From a virus, in the IMG/VR virus record IMGVR_UViG_3300008952_000006, positions 32,001 through 96,000 of that record: DNA of 64,000 bases. The stretch is one strand, 5' to 3'. Position 1 is the first letter of the stretch, and the number at the start of each line of letters is the position of its first letter. Shown in pieces: positions 1 through 8,903 of this stretch. A program made the position numbers and the translations under genes. The notes under the pieces are model-generated. The model saw only the letters and a list, made by a program, of their open reading frames with translations, made no database searches and was not told the origin of the DNA.

Positions 1-4
1 AGGA

Positions 5-973
5 TTGGTAGGCGCGCAGCTGCTGAAACGTGGTTCATTTGACCCATTGCTTTGCATCCAACGGGCCAAAAACCAGCTTAAAAGCATCTGGCCAAGTGAG
101 GGTTCTCATGGGTTCAACTATGATAAGTCAAGGCATAAAAGCCGTGACTTTACCATCGTCAGAAACGGGAAGCTCACACCGCTTGGAAACGGGACTGCTC
201 GGGTTGCGGCGCTCAGGGGCTGCCTCGAGAAACTGCTTATCCCTCACGGGATATACATAACCCTAGGCAGTGTGTTTTCGTACCACTCAAAGTGTGAGAA
301 GAGTGGGGGGACTCCATTTGTCGCGGCTAATTTGATCGTCTGTACGGGTGACCAACACGCAGCGATTCAGCAGCTACTCTATAAGCTTGCAGGTGACTTG
401 TTCTGTTTTGAGAACATTCCTGGTGGCGAGAGTAAAACAGCCCTCAGAGAGTACGCTCTTGCGGCCTGTAAAGGCCTAACAAGTGCGCAGGTTGGTCAGC
501 TTTTCGATATCCCAGAAGGCAAGGTGCGCGCTTGGCGAGCACACGACACTATGGGAACCTACGCCGATGACAAGGCGGCAGCGAGTTACCGCGCTGGCAG
601 GGATGGAGAGTCTGGCGCAAAGCGTAGCAGAATAGAATTCGCTTCAAACGAAGATTTAGATGGACGAGGCGCATACATCCAAGCTGGTTGGGGTCGCATG
701 GCCTACAGCCCTAGCGCGGAGGTGCGGAGCCAGTTTAATGAAAACGCGTTTGATGAATTCAAAAATGCAGACCCGGAGCGCGACAACCATCGTCGGGAGA
801 CAATTATAGGAGAATCTGAAAGGCACCTGAATAGAGTGATGGACGGAACGAACCAGGACTACGTCCGCGAGTTCACCAGTAGATTGATATCGCAGTCCGT
901 ACCTACAGAAAAATGTATAACCAATGTCCAAAGACGCAAGAGTGAGAAGAAAGATGGGAAAGGGAACACGTAA
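5..973 (+). CDS. hypothetical protein with possible HTH (may be 5'-partial)
   Basis: 322-aa ORF at the window edge; HTH-like segment LTSAQVGQLFDIPEGKVRAWRAH. Confidence 0.55.
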   Translation: MVGAQLLKRGSFDPLLCIQRAKNQLKSIWPSEGSHGFNYDKSRHKSRDFTIVRNGKLTPLGNGTARVAALRGCLEKLLIPHGIYITLGSVFSYHSKCEKSGGTPFVAANLIVCTGDQHAAIQQLLYKLAGDLFCFENIPGGESKTALREYALAACKGLTSAQVGQLFDIPEGKVRAWRAHDTMGTYADDKAAASYRAGRDGESGAKRSRIEFASNEDLDGRGAYIQAGWGRMAYSPSAEVRSQFNENAFDEFKNADPERDNHRRETIIGESERHLNRVMDGTNQDYVREFTSRLISQSVPTEKCITNVQRRKSEKKDGKGNT

Positions 974-1961
974 CCATAGAAAGCTCAAAAGGGGGCTCAA
1001 AAGGGGGCGCAAGAAAAGGAAAGGACAAAAAGGTGTAACGGGGGAGATCATCCCCGACCCGATCAAACAAATGTTAGGTGGGGGGCCTAACGATCACCGC
1101 CTAATCGGACGCAATGTTGTTGATGTTTACTGTGACGGTGAAGAAGAGAACCCCGTCGAGCAAATTGTTGATGGTTTGGCGACCAGTGTGGAAAAAGATC
1201 GTAGAGAGTCCTTTAGGTCTTTCGCGGAGCCTTTTGTAACAATGGGCCAGGGAGGACTTCCAAGGATAACCCCCGTTATCTTTGAAAGTTCTGACATAGA
1301 GTCGCCCTGGACTAGGAAAGGTAGTGCCGCGTGGACTACCCCTAAAACCGTTACCGAACTAAAATTTGGTGAGATGACTAAAAATCAACAAGTCCTGTAC
1401 AATGCTATTTGCGCTGCAAGTGGTAGGCCACCGGCAGATGTTATTACAAGGAGTAACTTTGGTTGGGACCTCTGCTATCTTAGCGGTAGCGTCAAACTAG
1501 ACCGCCAAGCGGCGGACCCACGCTATCTCCAGTTGGAGAACTGCGATAGATATGCAAAAGTCGTACTTAGCGAAGAAGCACAACAGCTTTGGGAGCTTTT
1601 ACATGAAGGCGGTCACACGTGGGCCCAGTCAAGAACCATAGTTGAGTGGTGCGCGGCGTTTAACGTCCTGTTCAAACAGGCCCTTGAAAGTAGTGTTCGA
1701 GATGCGCAACAGTGGAGCAACCCTATTCCTTGGGGGCGTCTGATAGAGAGTTTAACGCTCAGGCATGTAGCCTACTTAACAAAGGAGTACTTTAAGCCCT
1801 GTTCGTGCTGTGTGGGTGACCCCTGCATAAACGTACACGACTTTGGTTCGGCGGGGACGATGGTATCGTTTTCGTTCATAGACAAGCCCCTAGACCTAAA
1901 AAGCATAGCAAGAGACCTGATAGTGTTAGAAGACGGACATTACGTTGGTGAAGACCCTTAG
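924..1961 (+). CDS. hypothetical protein with highly basic N-terminus
   Basis: 345-aa ORF; K/R-rich first 38 aa; no family recognised. Confidence 0.65.
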   Translation: MSKDARVRRKMGKGTRNHRKLKRGLKRGRKKRKGQKGVTGEIIPDPIKQMLGGGPNDHRLIGRNVVDVYCDGEEENPVEQIVDGLATSVEKDRRESFRSFAEPFVTMGQGGLPRITPVIFESSDIESPWTRKGSAAWTTPKTVTELKFGEMTKNQQVLYNAICAASGRPPADVITRSNFGWDLCYLSGSVKLDRQAADPRYLQLENCDRYAKVVLSEEAQQLWELLHEGGHTWAQSRTIVEWCAAFNVLFKQALESSVRDAQQWSNPIPWGRLIESLTLRHVAYLTKEYFKPCSCCVGDPCINVHDFGSAGTMVSFSFIDKPLDLKSIARDLIVLEDGHYVGEDP

Positions 1962-2020
1962 ATTGATAAAGGCCCCGTAGGCGGCCCAAGGCCTACATAA
2001 ACAAAAAGACAGGAGTAGTT

Positions 2021-2326
2021 GTGACTGAGTTAATTATCGCAAGTTCAACCAAAACAGGTAAAACGAACATGCTTATTGATAGGGCAAACAGGGAATGCGC
2101 GGACGGGAGGAGAGTTATTTTCTACGTCCAAGAGTATGACGAACCGGCCCTCAGGAAAAGAGGTCTGGGTAAGGGAACAGAGGTTATTGTGGAACCCTTT
2201 GATGGGGTAAGCCTAGAACGAATCCATATAGACTTTGGGGATGACAATGAGATGACAGTTATGGCTGTGCGGACAACCAGCAGCCAAGCATTTCAACAGC
2301 TATGTGGCCGTAGCGACCCAGAGTAA
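2021..2326 (+). CDS. hypothetical protein, P-loop-like N-terminus
   Basis: AGGAG RBS before GTG; IIASSTKTGKT resembles a degenerate Walker A. Confidence 0.55.
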   Translation: MTELIIASSTKTGKTNMLIDRANRECADGRRVIFYVQEYDEPALRKRGLGKGTEVIVEPFDGVSLERIHIDFGDDNEMTVMAVRTTSSQAFQQLCGRSDPE

Positions 2327-2348
2327 AATAAACCAAAATTCACAATAG

Positions 2349-2389
2349 AACGCACGCTCTCACAAATGGGGGCGTGCGTTTTTATTTTT
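2349..2389 (+). terminator. intrinsic terminator
   Basis: Stem AACGCACGCTCTCA/TGGGGGCGTGCGTT followed by a T-rich tract. Confidence 0.75.
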
Positions 2390-2401
2390 ATAGGAGAAAG
2401 A

Positions 2402-2653
2402 ATGAGCACACCATGCCTCGAGAAAGTACTCGCGCTAAGCACAGCGCACATGCCAAACAAGTACTCGGACTTCGGAGATCTCCGCGCCATACCATTTGAA
2501 TACGGTATTGTGGTGTGGGTTTCAGAGCCTGGAGACGGTGTCCCAGAGTGGCTAACGCCAGCCATGAGTCTGGCATACAAATCAGAATGCACGCTGGTCT
2601 TGTTTGATCGAGACTGTAACGAAGACCCAGACCTACCAACGTGGGACTGGTAG
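2402..2653 (+). CDS. conserved small protein, DUF5983-like
   Basis: AGGAG RBS; LSTAH motif, YG..VWV and FDRD...LPTWDW pattern. Confidence 0.6.
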   Translation: MSTPCLEKVLALSTAHMPNKYSDFGDLRAIPFEYGIVVWVSEPGDGVPEWLTPAMSLAYKSECTLVLFDRDCNEDPDLPTWDW

Positions 2654-2665
2654 GAGAACTACAAA

Positions 2666-2869
2666 ATGGAAGACGAATACGTTTACGTAAAAGTGAAGTT
2701 GTACCTAAAACCAGGGCAAACAGAAGATTCAATACAAGAAATTGTACAAGAAGTAGACTATTCGTTTAACCACGAACAAGTAATAGAAACAGAGATAGTA
2801 GACATCTACGATGCCCAAACAGGAGGAAGAAGTGAAGCTGACAAATTACCAATTGGGAATTCTCCTTAA
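2666..2869 (+). CDS. hypothetical protein
   Basis: AGGAG RBS; tight packing with neighbours. Confidence 0.6.
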   Translation: MEDEYVYVKVKLYLKPGQTEDSIQEIVQEVDYSFNHEQVIETEIVDIYDAQTGGRSEADKLPIGNSP

Positions 2870-3230
2870 CTGCCCGTACGAGAACCCGGGCCACATCGAT
2901 TTCAGGGGGCTGCCAAGCCACAAAAGGCAACAGTTTTTACAGCTCAGAGATGCTGGGCTGGTGGAAACTGACCCAGGGGATACGCGGGCGTACCGCAGAA
3001 CATTAGCAGGTGATGTTATGGCCAAGAATAATAACCACGTAATGGACGTAGCTGATCTAGCAAAAGAGCTAGGGATAAGCAAGAGCACAGTCTACGGATG
3101 GATACGTAAATCGAAAGTGCAAATTAGAACCCGAACTAACTACCGATGGGGCACCTATCTTGTGTACCTCGATACACTCCCCGAAAAATACAGGCGAATG
3201 TTGGCGGGGGAAGGAGACAAAAATGGCTAA
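2832..3230 (+). CDS. HTH DNA-binding protein (excisionase/MerR-like C-terminal HTH)
   Basis: MDVADLAKELGISKSTVYGWIR; GTG start after AGGAGG. Confidence 0.65.
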   Translation: MKLTNYQLGILLNCPYENPGHIDFRGLPSHKRQQFLQLRDAGLVETDPGDTRAYRRTLAGDVMAKNNNHVMDVADLAKELGISKSTVYGWIRKSKVQIRTRTNYRWGTYLVYLDTLPEKYRRMLAGEGDKNG

Positions 3231-3567
3231 AGAGCTTTACCGCGCCCTGAAGAACTTGGTCGCTACGGCCAGGACCTTCCGTGATGTTCCAAAAGAAGAG
3301 CAGCAGTGGACGCAAACAGATGATGACGCGCTGGGCGAAGCGTTCAGTGCTCTTGATGAGTACGAAAGCGCACCTAAAGAACCATGGCTGAACAACGAGC
3401 TTCAGTTCGCAAGACTCCTCTGTGAGATCGTTGCGAATGAGGAATTACCAAACTGGTCCGAAACCCGTAACTCTATGGACCTAACGGACAAAGAATTACA
3501 GGGGCTGTATGACCGCGCACACGTTGTGTGGGAAGCAGCAAAGGTAGAGGCCAAAGATGGCAGCTAA
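3223..3567 (+). CDS. hypothetical protein
   Basis: AAGGAG RBS; overlaps upstream stop. Confidence 0.6.
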   Translation: MAKELYRALKNLVATARTFRDVPKEEQQWTQTDDDALGEAFSALDEYESAPKEPWLNNELQFARLLCEIVANEELPNWSETRNSMDLTDKELQGLYDRAHVVWEAAKVEAKDGS

Positions 3568-3751
3568 ATATAACCATATGATGGACATGGCGTTCAGTAT
3601 CGAAACCGACGCTGATGAAGAGTCCATCTTTAATAAAGAAAATATGCCCGCACTGCTTGCAAGAGCTAGGGCGAGGCTTGATGACATAGAACGTGAGGGT
3701 TGCACAGAGGCCTTCGGGCTCTGCGACACCTATGAGGTGGATAATGTTTGA
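3557..3751 (+). CDS. hypothetical protein
   Basis: GAGG RBS; coupled to neighbours. Confidence 0.55.
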   Translation: MAAKYNHMMDMAFSIETDADEESIFNKENMPALLARARARLDDIEREGCTEAFGLCDTYEVDNV

Positions 3752-3950
3752 AGACACCGTAATACCAAAAAGGTGCCCGGTCTGCGCTAGCGATAATATC
3801 GAAAGCGAGGGGCTGGGCAATGACGAAGAGCCTCCCATGACGGAGGCGTATGAACGTTGCTCATGCGCGGAATGCAAGAGCCAGTGGATAAACCGAGCGG
3901 AACTCCGCTGGTACCAGTCAGAAGTAACACACGAAAGGATGAGTATATGA
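3744..3950 (+). CDS. small Zn-ribbon protein
   Basis: CPVC...CAEC; GAGGTG RBS. Confidence 0.55.
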   Translation: MFEDTVIPKRCPVCASDNIESEGLGNDEEPPMTEAYERCSCAECKSQWINRAELRWYQSEVTHERMSI

Positions 3951-4144
3951 CAGAGAAGGAATACCAATACGAGTGCTTCGGGGAAACCCTGGAGTTCGCG
4001 GAGTCTCTTGGATGGGTAGACAACCACCCGGACGGGACAAGCAAAGACTACGACGCAAACATGGTTGGTGACGCTATAGAGCAGGAAGCCATCGAGTTTA
4101 TAGAGGGCAAGGGCTACAAAGTGGTGGGGTATGATGATGACTAA
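3947..4144 (+). CDS. hypothetical acidic protein
   Basis: ATGA overlap with upstream gene. Confidence 0.55.
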   Translation: MTEKEYQYECFGETLEFAESLGWVDNHPDGTSKDYDANMVGDAIEQEAIEFIEGKGYKVVGYDDD

Positions 4145-4541
4145 GTCACCAAACGACCAAGACCCGCCTGACTATGTAGCAGGGGATACCCCCCTGGCTG
4201 CGCTGTACGACAAAATCTACGAGAAGTACCCCTATCTAGAGGACTTCGAAGAGACATTGCACAACGAAGTAACCGCTTCAGGTGAGCCCATTGAGGGCAT
4301 CCATAGAATGCTTGAATACGTCATCCACGAGGCTTACGCTGTGGGACTAGACGATGCTAAGTCAGATATGGGTGAGTACATAGATGTCCTAGAGCAAGAA
4401 GCTCTTGGCGCTGTTCGAATGGTCTTAGATGCCGCTACGGAAGAAGGTCACGAACTCAGTGACAGTGAAGTCTGTGACGCCATCGACTGGGACTTACTTA
4501 GAAAGATAGATAAAAAATTCGGGAGAAGAGATGCTAAATGA
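4131..4541 (+). CDS. hypothetical protein
   Basis: 136-aa ORF in a coupled series. Confidence 0.6.
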   Translation: MMMTKSPNDQDPPDYVAGDTPLAALYDKIYEKYPYLEDFEETLHNEVTASGEPIEGIHRMLEYVIHEAYAVGLDDAKSDMGEYIDVLEQEALGAVRMVLDAATEEGHELSDSEVCDAIDWDLLRKIDKKFGRRDAK

Positions 4542-4728
4542 TGACGAAATCCAAGAACACCTAATGCTGTTAAGGGTTGCGTTCGACCCAGAGTCACCCT
4601 TCAAGGGGATGATTAATATGAAGGGCGAGGGTGGCTTACTGTCGCTTCCGCTGCCCGAGCAACACCAAGTAAAAAACGCCATGAGCCCAGAGTTGGTAGA
4701 AATGGTTTTTGGGAGCAAGCGTGGGTGA
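4531..4728 (+). CDS. hypothetical protein
   Basis: GGAG RBS; coupled. Confidence 0.5.
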   Translation: MLNDDEIQEHLMLLRVAFDPESPFKGMINMKGEGGLLSLPLPEQHQVKNAMSPELVEMVFGSKRG

Positions 4729-4921
4729 CGACAGACGAGAAGCGACCAAAGCCAAACGGGCGAAAGCGTTTAAGTCAGAACAGCGTGAGTGTGTATCCCG
4801 CCTGCAGACAATGATAACAGCCGTCCTGGCTGGAAGTATGTACGAAATAAACCATGCCTATTTCTTAGTAGGCGCGTCACTTAAATACTTAGAAGCAAAC
4901 GATCCTGGAAGAGAGAAATAA
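4721..4921 (+). CDS. hypothetical protein
   Basis: GGGAG before GTG; coupled. Confidence 0.45.
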   Translation: MGDDRREATKAKRAKAFKSEQRECVSRLQTMITAVLAGSMYEINHAYFLVGASLKYLEANDPGREK

Positions 4922-4923
4922 AA

Positions 4924-5190
4924 TTGGAAGAAAGAATGAAAGTTAAGCCAGTAGGCGTTGTGGGCTACCATCAATGGGATGAAGCCTCGTATGACGACGA
5001 GGGCAACGTTGTGTTGCCGCAAGGAACAATTGAATGGTACGTATGGTCTCCTCAATGGGACGAGGACGAGGAAGTCTGGGTGAGGGTCTTCGACAACACC
5101 TTGGCAGGCCCCTTTGAAACCGAAGAGGAAGCAAACCAAGCATTAAATAAAATATCGTCACCACTGAGACTAGTGCCCAGGGAGGAGTAA
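4924..5190 (+). CDS. hypothetical protein
   Basis: ORF ending in the common phage motif GPFETEEEA. Confidence 0.55.
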   Translation: MEERMKVKPVGVVGYHQWDEASYDDEGNVVLPQGTIEWYVWSPQWDEDEEVWVRVFDNTLAGPFETEEEANQALNKISSPLRLVPREE

Positions 5191-5193
5191 GAG

Positions 5194-5466
5194 ATGCCAG
5201 CAGAGACAGTAATTAGTGATAATACCAGCCACTGGACCGACTACGGGGTCGGACGGTTGCAGGGGAAACGTGTAATAGAAGTTAGATACTTAACCAGCGA
5301 AGAAGCGAGAGCGATGGATTGGTATAGTCGGTGCTTGGTCATCATCTTTGACGATGGTTCCTACATTTTCCCGTCAAGGGATGACGAGGGAAATGACGCT
5401 GGTGCCCTGTTTGGGACATCAGCAGAAGGTGAGGAATGGACCTTTCCAGTCCTTCGAGTTGCCTAG
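5194..5466 (+). CDS. conserved phage hypothetical protein
   Basis: GGAGGAG RBS; VRYLT..E...FDDG..IFPSRDDEGNDAGALF pattern. Confidence 0.65.
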   Translation: MPAETVISDNTSHWTDYGVGRLQGKRVIEVRYLTSEEARAMDWYSRCLVIIFDDGSYIFPSRDDEGNDAGALFGTSAEGEEWTFPVLRVA

Positions 5467-5744
5467 ACCCAGCAACAATAGTCAAATGTTCTTTTTGTGA
5501 GGGCATCTTCAAATATGGGGATGCCCCACATGACATTAAGGGCCCATTGTGCGTAAGCTGCAACCGTGGTGGTGCACTGGTCGAATTAGACGATTCAGAC
5601 TGGCCTATTACTTGTAATAACTGTGGTGCGGGAACAACGGAAGCCAAAATGAAAAAAGCCCACGGACGGGAAAACTTTGAGGCTATGGGGGATATTTGTC
5701 CCCTCTGTAGCTTTGATGGCGGCCTGATGTGGGACTTCGCGTAG
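5436..5744 (+). CDS. Cys-rich (four CxxC) Zn-binding protein
   Basis: CSFC, CVSC, CNNC, CPLC. Confidence 0.55.
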   Translation: MDLSSPSSCLDPATIVKCSFCEGIFKYGDAPHDIKGPLCVSCNRGGALVELDDSDWPITCNNCGAGTTEAKMKKAHGRENFEAMGDICPLCSFDGGLMWDFA

Positions 5745-5754
5745 GAGCGTTAAA

Positions 5755-6015
5755 ATGAGAAAAAACATAAGGGATTACGGACTGCCTAATAGTGAAGTTC
5801 TTTCGGTGCCGGTCACCAAAGAGCTGCCAGAACACCTTAAAAAGGAGCCTTGCCCCAACTGCGGGTGTCAAAGCCTCGCAATGCTTGAGGTAGACGTTAA
5901 GCAAGACCTTGTAAGGGGTGGGGTTGGCAAAGGTGTCTATATTGGATGCCCCGCCTGTCCGTGGGCAAGCCCCTTATCAATACGACAAACAGTAAAAGGA
6001 GATGAAGATGGGTGA
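5755..6015 (+). CDS. Zn-ribbon protein
   Basis: AGGAG RBS; CPNC...CPAC. Confidence 0.6.
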   Translation: MRKNIRDYGLPNSEVLSVPVTKELPEHLKKEPCPNCGCQSLAMLEVDVKQDLVRGGVGKGVYIGCPACPWASPLSIRQTVKGDEDG

Positions 6016-6493
6016 CCGTTGCTACATGGATATAACAATCCACCCAAGCGATTATCAATTAGCTAAAGACATCCTTGAGGATCAAATCTACGGGGACTGG
6101 CCTGCGCAAATCAGTGGTCTGCTGGATGGGACAGAGCCGCGTCACCGAGACGAGCTTTGGCTCCAGGATGGGGCCGTGTTCGTGTCTATATCCGAAGCTA
6201 ACTATGCTCTCGCAGACGCTATGGAAAACATGGCTAATGCCGGTGTGAGATTCATTGCCTACAACACCCCTGGTGGGGAATACGGTAGCGGAATTCAGTT
6301 CGGGACAGGGGACCCAAAGCGTTTCTACGGAGACGTTTCATGTGACCACGAGAGATACCCAGTCGCCCCTATAAACGAACACGGGAGCGTGCAGGCCCAG
6401 TGGCGAGACCGCTATAGAGAACTAATGAGAAACCTAACAAGACTCGAGAAAGAGTTTGAAAGATTGAAAGAGGAGACTGTTAACAATGCATGA
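6002..6493 (+). CDS. hypothetical protein
   Basis: 163-aa ORF, coupled. Confidence 0.6.
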   Translation: MKMGDRCYMDITIHPSDYQLAKDILEDQIYGDWPAQISGLLDGTEPRHRDELWLQDGAVFVSISEANYALADAMENMANAGVRFIAYNTPGGEYGSGIQFGTGDPKRFYGDVSCDHERYPVAPINEHGSVQAQWRDRYRELMRNLTRLEKEFERLKEETVNNA

Positions 6494-6767
6494 CTACACA
6501 GGAAATTGTATGCGCTGCGGCGAGGAGTCGGGAGCGCATATAATGTCCATGTATAGCAAAGCTATAATTTGTTTAGACTGTAAAGATATAGAGACAGAAA
6601 GGCCAGACTACCAAGCGGCTGTAAAGGCTGATGAGGACGCCATCAGGCGAGGTGACTTTAACTTCGAAGGACTTGGCGAGCCAGTGGTGGTCCCTTTCCC
6701 GGGAAACCCTACGCTTGAGCTAGAGGACCTTCCAGTGTCCATAATAAAAAAGAAAGGTAATTCATAA
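6486..6767 (+). CDS. conserved phage Zn-finger protein
   Basis: GAGGAG RBS; CMRC..IMSMY...ICLDC...PDY..A...D..A...G..NF.G.G. Confidence 0.65.
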   Translation: MHDYTGNCMRCGEESGAHIMSMYSKAIICLDCKDIETERPDYQAAVKADEDAIRRGDFNFEGLGEPVVVPFPGNPTLELEDLPVSIIKKKGNS

Positions 6768-7020
6768 CCTCGGTACAAAATGCTGCGGTGAGATCATGCT
6801 CGCGCAAAAGCATCCTCCAGGCATGCTCGTCTAACCTGACATCTTCATGTTTGGCGTGCATGACCTGGACGGTGGCGACTTCTTCGTCATCGTGGAAAAC
6901 AGATGCCTGAGCCCTAGCTTTTTCGTACTCGCTGTTCCCGCTAGTAACACAGCACTGTACCTCCCAGCTAGCCTTATCTATCGAGAAGTTCATGTGGAAA
7001 ATCATAGAACTCTTATTCAT
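6709..7020 (-). CDS. hypothetical protein (lone minus-strand gene)
   Basis: GGAG RBS upstream of ATG on the minus strand; fills the gap between + genes. Confidence 0.5.
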   Translation of the reverse strand: MNKSSMIFHMNFSIDKASWEVQCCVTSGNSEYEKARAQASVFHDDEEVATVQVMHAKHEDVRLDEHAWRMLLREHDLTAAFCTEVMNYLSFLLWTLEGPLAQA

Positions 7021-7115
7021 TCTAAAGTCTCCATACCAGTAATAATTTTACCTTGGCGGCATAGATGGACGAAGAGATGCGAAGTAAAAATAAACAAAAC
7101 AACAAGGAGAACGGG

Positions 7116-7598
7116 ATGGGACAATATTATTTGATTGTGAACATCGACAAAAAGCAAAAGCTAAACCCCCACAAATTTGGTGCGGGTATGAAATTAATGG
7201 AATTTGGAAACCAGGGAGAAAGCATCATGACCGGACTAGCTGTTCTGCTTGCAGACGGCAATGGACGAGGTGGTGGGGATCTTCGAAGCAGCGACCCAGT
7301 TATCGGCTCATGGGCTGGAGACAGGATCGTCGTAACCGGTGATTATGCAGATAAAGGAAAATTTGTAGACGTTTATGATCTGGCCGCCGTAGAGCAGTTA
7401 AACCTGTTCGAGCATGCAAGTGATAACTTTGAAGATATTTCTGACAAAGTCATCACTGCCATCGCTGATGGTGAGGGCGGGTTTCATTCTCTATCCAAAC
7501 TAGACCTGTCCCAAGAAGGGTGGAGGCGGACGCATAGAGATGTAATCAACGCGGCTCTCAAGCAAGACCTAGAGTCGTCCAAAACAGGAGAACCGTAG
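7116..7598 (+). CDS. conserved phage hypothetical protein
   Basis: AAGGAG RBS; MGQYY..VNIDK...GNGRGGGD...GSWAGDRIV..GDY pattern. Confidence 0.7.
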   Translation: MGQYYLIVNIDKKQKLNPHKFGAGMKLMEFGNQGESIMTGLAVLLADGNGRGGGDLRSSDPVIGSWAGDRIVVTGDYADKGKFVDVYDLAAVEQLNLFEHASDNFEDISDKVITAIADGEGGFHSLSKLDLSQEGWRRTHRDVINAALKQDLESSKTGEP

Positions 7599-8378
7599 AT
7601 GAAGTTATACCACGGGACCACTGAAAAAATTGCTCGCCTAGCCCTGATTGAGGGGCTTAGGCCTAGAGAAGAAACCGGCAGCAAAGGCAATTGGGAGCAC
7701 TCGATTGATTCAGCACTAAACCGCGTCTACTTGTCAGCGGCCTACGCGGGATACTTTGCTTATTGTGCTGCGGGTGTAGATGAGAAGTGGGGTATTGTTG
7801 AAGTAGACACAGAGCTACTCGAGCCTGACAAGTTCTACCCAGATGAGGACTTTATGGAGCAGGCCAGTAGAGCACAGGAAGTGCCAAAGTGGGTAGAGGA
7901 AGACCCCGATGATCCCATGGGAGACCCTTATGAGGAACTTCGTGCAGCAAATGCATTACCAGACAAAGATAGAATGAAAGCTCGGACAGAGTATTTCAGG
8001 AACAACATCTGGTTTTACGCGCACCTTTGGCGCGATAGTGTGGAGCACCTTGGTAACTGCTGTTATTTAGGGGAGATCCCACCAGAAGCTATCACGCGAG
8101 TGTCTGTCTTCGACCCAACGTCGAACATGGGAATCCAGATGTCCGTGGACCCCAGTATTACGCTGCTGAACTACAGAGTTTGCCAAAACAAATACAAGGC
8201 GATAACCCGTTGGTTAGCTGGTTACGAAGACGTAACTGTAGATGACATAACGATGCTCTTTGCTGGCGAAGACGAAAGGGTCGAAGAGGCCAGGGAATAC
8301 TGGCGAACTGAGGTCATCCCTAATCGATCCGGGTTAGAGGTTATCAGGGGCCCTGGAGATAAAAATGAAAGTTACTGA
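7599..8378 (+). CDS. ADP-ribosyltransferase-fold protein (KptA/Tpt1-like H-G-T class)
   Basis: N-terminal LYHGTT, EGLRP, VYLS and Y.GEIPPEAI motifs. Confidence 0.55.
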   Translation: MKLYHGTTEKIARLALIEGLRPREETGSKGNWEHSIDSALNRVYLSAAYAGYFAYCAAGVDEKWGIVEVDTELLEPDKFYPDEDFMEQASRAQEVPKWVEEDPDDPMGDPYEELRAANALPDKDRMKARTEYFRNNIWFYAHLWRDSVEHLGNCCYLGEIPPEAITRVSVFDPTSNMGIQMSVDPSITLLNYRVCQNKYKAITRWLAGYEDVTVDDITMLFAGEDERVEEAREYWRTEVIPNRSGLEVIRGPGDKNESY

Positions 8379-8541
8379 AGTCCAAGCAGCCGTACTTAAG
8401 AAAGCCAAGCAGGGCAAGATCACCCACCCAAGACGATCTCTAGAACTCTTAGAGAAGAAGGGTCTGGTTGAGGGAAACAAACGCAACGGTTGGACCATCA
8501 CCTATAAAGGGTGTGTATGGCTGAACAGGGGCGCGAAGTAG
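8365..8541 (+). CDS. small winged-helix-like protein (58 aa, not in ORF track)
   Basis: GGAG RBS; translated by hand, includes SLELLEKKGLVEG...WTITYKG. Confidence 0.55.
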   Translation: MKVTEVQAAVLKKAKQGKITHPRRSLELLEKKGLVEGNKRNGWTITYKGCVWLNRGAK

Positions 8542-8549
8542 GGTATTTA

Positions 8550-8575
8550 TGGGGGGCCTTTGCCCCCCTATTTTT
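8550..8575 (+). terminator. intrinsic terminator ending the small-gene array
   Basis: GGGGGGC-CTTT-GCCCCCC then ATTTTT. Confidence 0.75.
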
Positions 8576-8713
8576 ACCTACAGCCTACGAAAATCAGAAA
8601 AGTCTGAGGCCCTAGAAAAAATCGCTCGTGACGTAAAATAGGCAAGAGTAAAGGTGATAACCAGTGCTGCTTGCGCTGCTACATAAGCCTTTGCTTGAAT
8701 TCGATCTAACTTA

Positions 8714-8893
8714 CTATTCCTCTGGCGCATCTACCCCCCATTCCAGGGCGGTCATCTCTGCGGGTATATACTCAATAGAAATGATAGGCCCCATCTTTAC
8801 GGTAGCAATTGGCTTAACCGCAGCTGGCTTTTTATTAGCCGTACAACAAAAAAGGGCAGCTACGCCCAACATCGTAAAAAACTTCCAAAACAT
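8714..8893 (-). CDS. small secreted/lipoprotein-like protein (59 aa, not in ORF track)
   Basis: AGAGGA RBS; MFWKFFTMLGVAALFCCTANKKP... has a signal-peptide-like N-terminus. Confidence 0.55.
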   Translation of the reverse strand: MFWKFFTMLGVAALFCCTANKKPAAVKPIATVKMGPIISIEYIPAEMTALEWGVDAPEE

Positions 8894-8903
8894 TATCGTT
8901 CCT

